In this document: positions 61,278 through 64,000 of the stretch, piece by piece | Numbering within the stretch: the first letter of the stretch is position 1 | Layout: each line of letters begins with the position of its first letter | Source of the DNA: an uncultured Akkermansia sp. | Lineage (GTDB): Bacteria; Verrucomicrobiota; Verrucomicrobiia; Verrucomicrobiales; Akkermansiaceae | Assembly: GCA_947588735.1 (NCBI GenBank) | Contig: CANQAD010000002.1 | Coordinates: 2,314-66,313 of the forward strand | Length of the DNA: 64,000 nt | Direction: 5' to 3' | Translations under genes and position numbers: made by a program | The notes under the pieces: generated by a model | What the model was told of the DNA's origin: nothing | Seen by the model: the letters and a program-made list of their open reading frames with translations, nothing else | Database searches by the model: none

Positions 61278-62327
61278 ATGCAAACGCGAGTAGTCCGCAT
61301 AGATATGACGCCCAATCCCCTCCCGGTGTACAAGGAGGTTGCCGGGATGTTGTCCAGCGGCCAGATTGTGGCATTGCCGACGGAAACGGTGTACGGTTTG
61401 GCGGCAGATGCGTTTTGTGAGGAAGCGGTGGCTCGCGTATTTGAGGTAAAGGAGCGGCCGAGCTTTGATCCGCTTATCTGCCACTTGCCGGAAACTGCGG
61501 CCATACACGACATTGCAGAGGTGCCTGGAGAGCTGCGTTCCCTCGTGAATCTGCTCGCTGAACTTTTTTGGCCCGGACCGATGACGCTGGTCCTGCCTCG
61601 CAAAGCCTGCGTGCCGGATATCGTGACGAGCGGGCTGTCCACTGTGGCTTGCCGCGTGACCCGGCATGAGGTAATGCGCGGCGTGGCGCGGGCGTTGGGA
61701 CATCCGGTTGCCGCACCAAGTGCAAACCGTTTTGGGCGCATATCTCCCACATCGGCTGCGGCGGTCCTGGAGGAGCTGGGTGGTCGAATTCCGCTGGTGG
61801 TGGATGCAGGCGCCTGTTCCGAAGGGCTCGAGAGTACCATCCTGCAACCTTGCCTGGATGAGAAAGGCAAGCCGGCCGTCCGTTTACTGCGTGAGGGACC
61901 TGTTACTCGCGAGAAATTGCGCGGGGTGTGCCGTGTGCTCAGGCCATCTCGTGCCGGAGCCAGTGCAGCTCCCACAGCGCCTGGGCAACTCAGCTCGCAC
62001 TACGCGCCGGTAAAGCCGGTCATCCTCTGCGAGCCGCGCGCTCCTTTTTCTCCGCAGCCCGGGGTGCGCTACGGACTCGTCACGTACCAGGGCGACTCCC
62101 CGCTTGCCACGCAGGGCGGATGGTCGCAGGTGATGGCGCTCTCACCCGGCAGCGGACGTCTTGCAGAGGCTGCGGTACGCCTCTTCGCAGTGATGCGCGC
62201 CATGGATGCGCAGACGGATGTGGACTGCATCGTGGCAGAGACCCTGCCGGAGACCGGGCTGGGTTGTGCCATGATGGATCGCCTGCGTCGGGCTGCAGCC
62301 GTGCGTCCAGCCGATCGTGAATCCTGA
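61278..62327 (+). CDS. sua5: L-threonylcarbamoyladenylate synthase (Sua5 type)
   Basis: PTETVYGL, KERPSFDPLI, FWPGP, APSAN, GLEST, APGQLSSHYAP and MDRLRRAA. Confidence 0.93.
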   Translation: MQTRVVRIDMTPNPLPVYKEVAGMLSSGQIVALPTETVYGLAADAFCEEAVARVFEVKERPSFDPLICHLPETAAIHDIAEVPGELRSLVNLLAELFWPGPMTLVLPRKACVPDIVTSGLSTVACRVTRHEVMRGVARALGHPVAAPSANRFGRISPTSAAAVLEELGGRIPLVVDAGACSEGLESTILQPCLDEKGKPAVRLLREGPVTREKLRGVCRVLRPSRAGASAAPTAPGQLSSHYAPVKPVILCEPRAPFSPQPGVRYGLVTYQGDSPLATQGGWSQVMALSPGSGRLAEAAVRLFAVMRAMDAQTDVDCIVAETLPETGLGCAMMDRLRRAAAVRPADRES

Positions 62328-62338
62328 CTGTTTAAGCC

Positions 62339-62833
62339 ATGAAACGCCGTTTGCAAACCATGATTATAGCGGCAGCGTTGCGTTTGGTGCATGCGGCTAT
62401 CGTGGAGTTGCAGCGGTTGGATCCTGAGGTGGCAGGGGAGCTGAGCCGCGTGCCTGTTGGCATGACCTACGCCATTCACACCGGGCATGACGCGCCTTCG
62501 CTCTTTGTTGAATGGGATGGGCAGAAGCTGCTGCGCATTTCCCACCCGAAGCAGGCCGCGCTGTGTACGCTTCGATTGAAAGCCCTCGCTATTTCTTTTC
62601 GACTTTTCACCGGACAAATGGGGCTGGCGCACGCCTACGCGCAGCATGCTTTCACCCTGTCCGGAGAAATAGCCGACGTGATGCGTTTGGCCCGCCTTGT
62701 GAACCGTGCCGAGGCTTATCTTTTCCCGCCCGTTCTGTCTCGTCGAATTTTGCCCGAGCTGCCTGAGCTGCCGGTGAGTCGGCTGCGTGTGTACGTTCGC
62801 ATTTTCATCGGATTTTTTCAAACTGCCTGTTGA
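62339..62833 (+). CDS. Hypothetical protein, possible SCP2/sterol-carrier-like fold
   Basis: 164-aa ORF. LFTGQMGLAHAYAQ..FTLSGEI resembles SCP2 C-termini. TGATG coupling to the next gene. Confidence 0.6.
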   Translation: MKRRLQTMIIAAALRLVHAAIVELQRLDPEVAGELSRVPVGMTYAIHTGHDAPSLFVEWDGQKLLRISHPKQAALCTLRLKALAISFRLFTGQMGLAHAYAQHAFTLSGEIADVMRLARLVNRAEAYLFPPVLSRRILPELPELPVSRLRVYVRIFIGFFQTAC

Positions 62834-64000
62834 TGAAACCTGCCTATTTTGAATTCCAAAATGCTGTGAAGCTGCTCTGCGGGCAAAACGCTTTGGAGCG
62901 CATACCGGATGAGTTACGTCACTTGGAAGCGGAGCGTCCCTTGCTGCTCACGGATGCCGTGCTGCTGAGGCTGGGGCTGGTGGATGAAGTGCAAGAGACC
63001 ATGCGAGCAGAGGGTTGCGCACCAGTGACGATATTTTCGGATATACCGGTGGATTCGTCGCTGAGTGTGGTGAATCGCATTGCCGCTGTGTACCGCGAGT
63101 GCGGGTGTGACAGTATGGTAGCGGTGGGTGGCGGCTCCGTCATTGACTCAGCCAAGGGGGCGCGCCTGGTGCTCTCCCGGGACACGGACGATATTTTAGC
63201 TGTCAGCGGGATTGAGAATTTGCGCTGCGGACGGCATATTCCCTTCATTGTGGTGCCCACCACGGCCGGTACCGGCTCGGAGTGTACCGGTGTCGCGGTG
63301 ATCCGCAACGAGGAGCAGGGGGTAAAGATGGAGTTTCTTTCGCCCTTTGTGGAACCGGATGTGGCGGTGCTGGATGCGCGCATGACCCTGCGTCTGCCTG
63401 CACGCGCCACGGCATCCACCGGAGTTGATGCCCTCTGCCATGCCATTGAGGCTGCCACCTGCTTGCAGAGCAACCCGCTCAGCTCTGCATATTGTCATGC
63501 GGCGATACGGCTTATTTCCGCGAATATAACCAAGACGGTGCAGCACGGGGCAGATGCTGAGGCGCGCCTGAACATGGCGGTAGCGGCCACAATGGCAGGC
63601 ATTGCTTTTTCCAATTCGATGGTGGGTGCGGTTCACGCCATAGGCCATGCATTGGGTGGCGTGTGCCACGTGCCGCACGGCGAGGCCATGGGCATATTGA
63701 TGCCGCACGTGATGCGCTACAATTTGCCCGCCGCCGCGGAGGGCTACGCGCGCTTGTTGCCGGAGATGGTGGGGTGGGAGAAAGCGGCCGCCATTCCTGC
63801 GCAGATGCGAGGAGAAGCCATGGTGCAGGCTGTAGCGGATTTGCTCGTCCAACTCAGCGCGTGTGCGGGACTGCCTCTGCGTCTCTCGGAGGCAGGAGTT
63901 GAGGATCAGCAACTCCCTCGCGTTGCAGAAACGGCGGTAAACGATGGGGCTCTCATTGTCAACCCGCGCGCCATGTCAGTTCAGCAGGTGCTTGAACTGT
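62833..64000 (+). CDS. Iron-containing alcohol dehydrogenase (3' end outside window)
   Basis: MKPAYFEFQN.., AVGGGSVIDSAKG, VPTTAGTGSE, GVDALCHAIE and VHAIGH..HVPHG. Missing from the ORF track because it has no stop in the window. Confidence 0.92.
   Translation, partial: MKPAYFEFQNAVKLLCGQNALERIPDELRHLEAERPLLLTDAVLLRLGLVDEVQETMRAEGCAPVTIFSDIPVDSSLSVVNRIAAVYRECGCDSMVAVGGGSVIDSAKGARLVLSRDTDDILAVSGIENLRCGRHIPFIVVPTTAGTGSECTGVAVIRNEEQGVKMEFLSPFVEPDVAVLDARMTLRLPARATASTGVDALCHAIEAATCLQSNPLSSAYCHAAIRLISANITKTVQHGADAEARLNMAVAATMAGIAFSNSMVGAVHAIGHALGGVCHVPHGEAMGILMPHVMRYNLPAAAEGYARLLPEMVGWEKAAAIPAQMRGEAMVQAVADLLVQLSACAGLPLRLSEAGVEDQQLPRVAETAVNDGALIVNPRAMSVQQVLEL

Overview
A gene-dense bacterial chromosomal window that looks like Verrucomicrobiota/Akkermansiaceae. 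This is an inference from the MKLHLP-type giant autotransporter leader and a PVC-style prepilin protein. The first 10.3 kb is one minus-strand ORF of more than 3,430 aa that the ORF track misses because it runs off the window: a giant beta-helical, autotransporter-like surface protein. Its upstream region carries three copies of a 19-bp palindrome. The rest is mostly housekeeping: hemC, mscS, carB, aroA, dnaG-rpoN, pheST, dprA, nadC, frameshifted prfB, trmD, psd, xseA, tilS, ruvC, an RhlE-like helicase, thiD, gatCA, aroB, rplI and sua5. There is also an orphan tyrosine recombinase, a secreted glycoside hydrolase and several hypothetical proteins. The most interesting signal is non-coding. (i) Two families of short non-autonomous elements (MITE-like, about a dozen copies) have terminal inverted repeats, 9-10 bp target-site duplications in three copies and a shared heptamer tract, and form tandem, nested and chimeric arrangements. 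(ii) Their ends repeatedly sit 15-19 bp upstream of a -35 hexamer, four times exactly 18 bp. (iii) Many promoters place the -10 box only 5-9 nt before the ATG, implying leaderless mRNAs. (iv) There is a 6S-RNA-like candidate at about 44.2-44.36 kb. No tRNA, rRNA, CRISPR array or transposase gene was seen. All calls were made by eye, without database searches.
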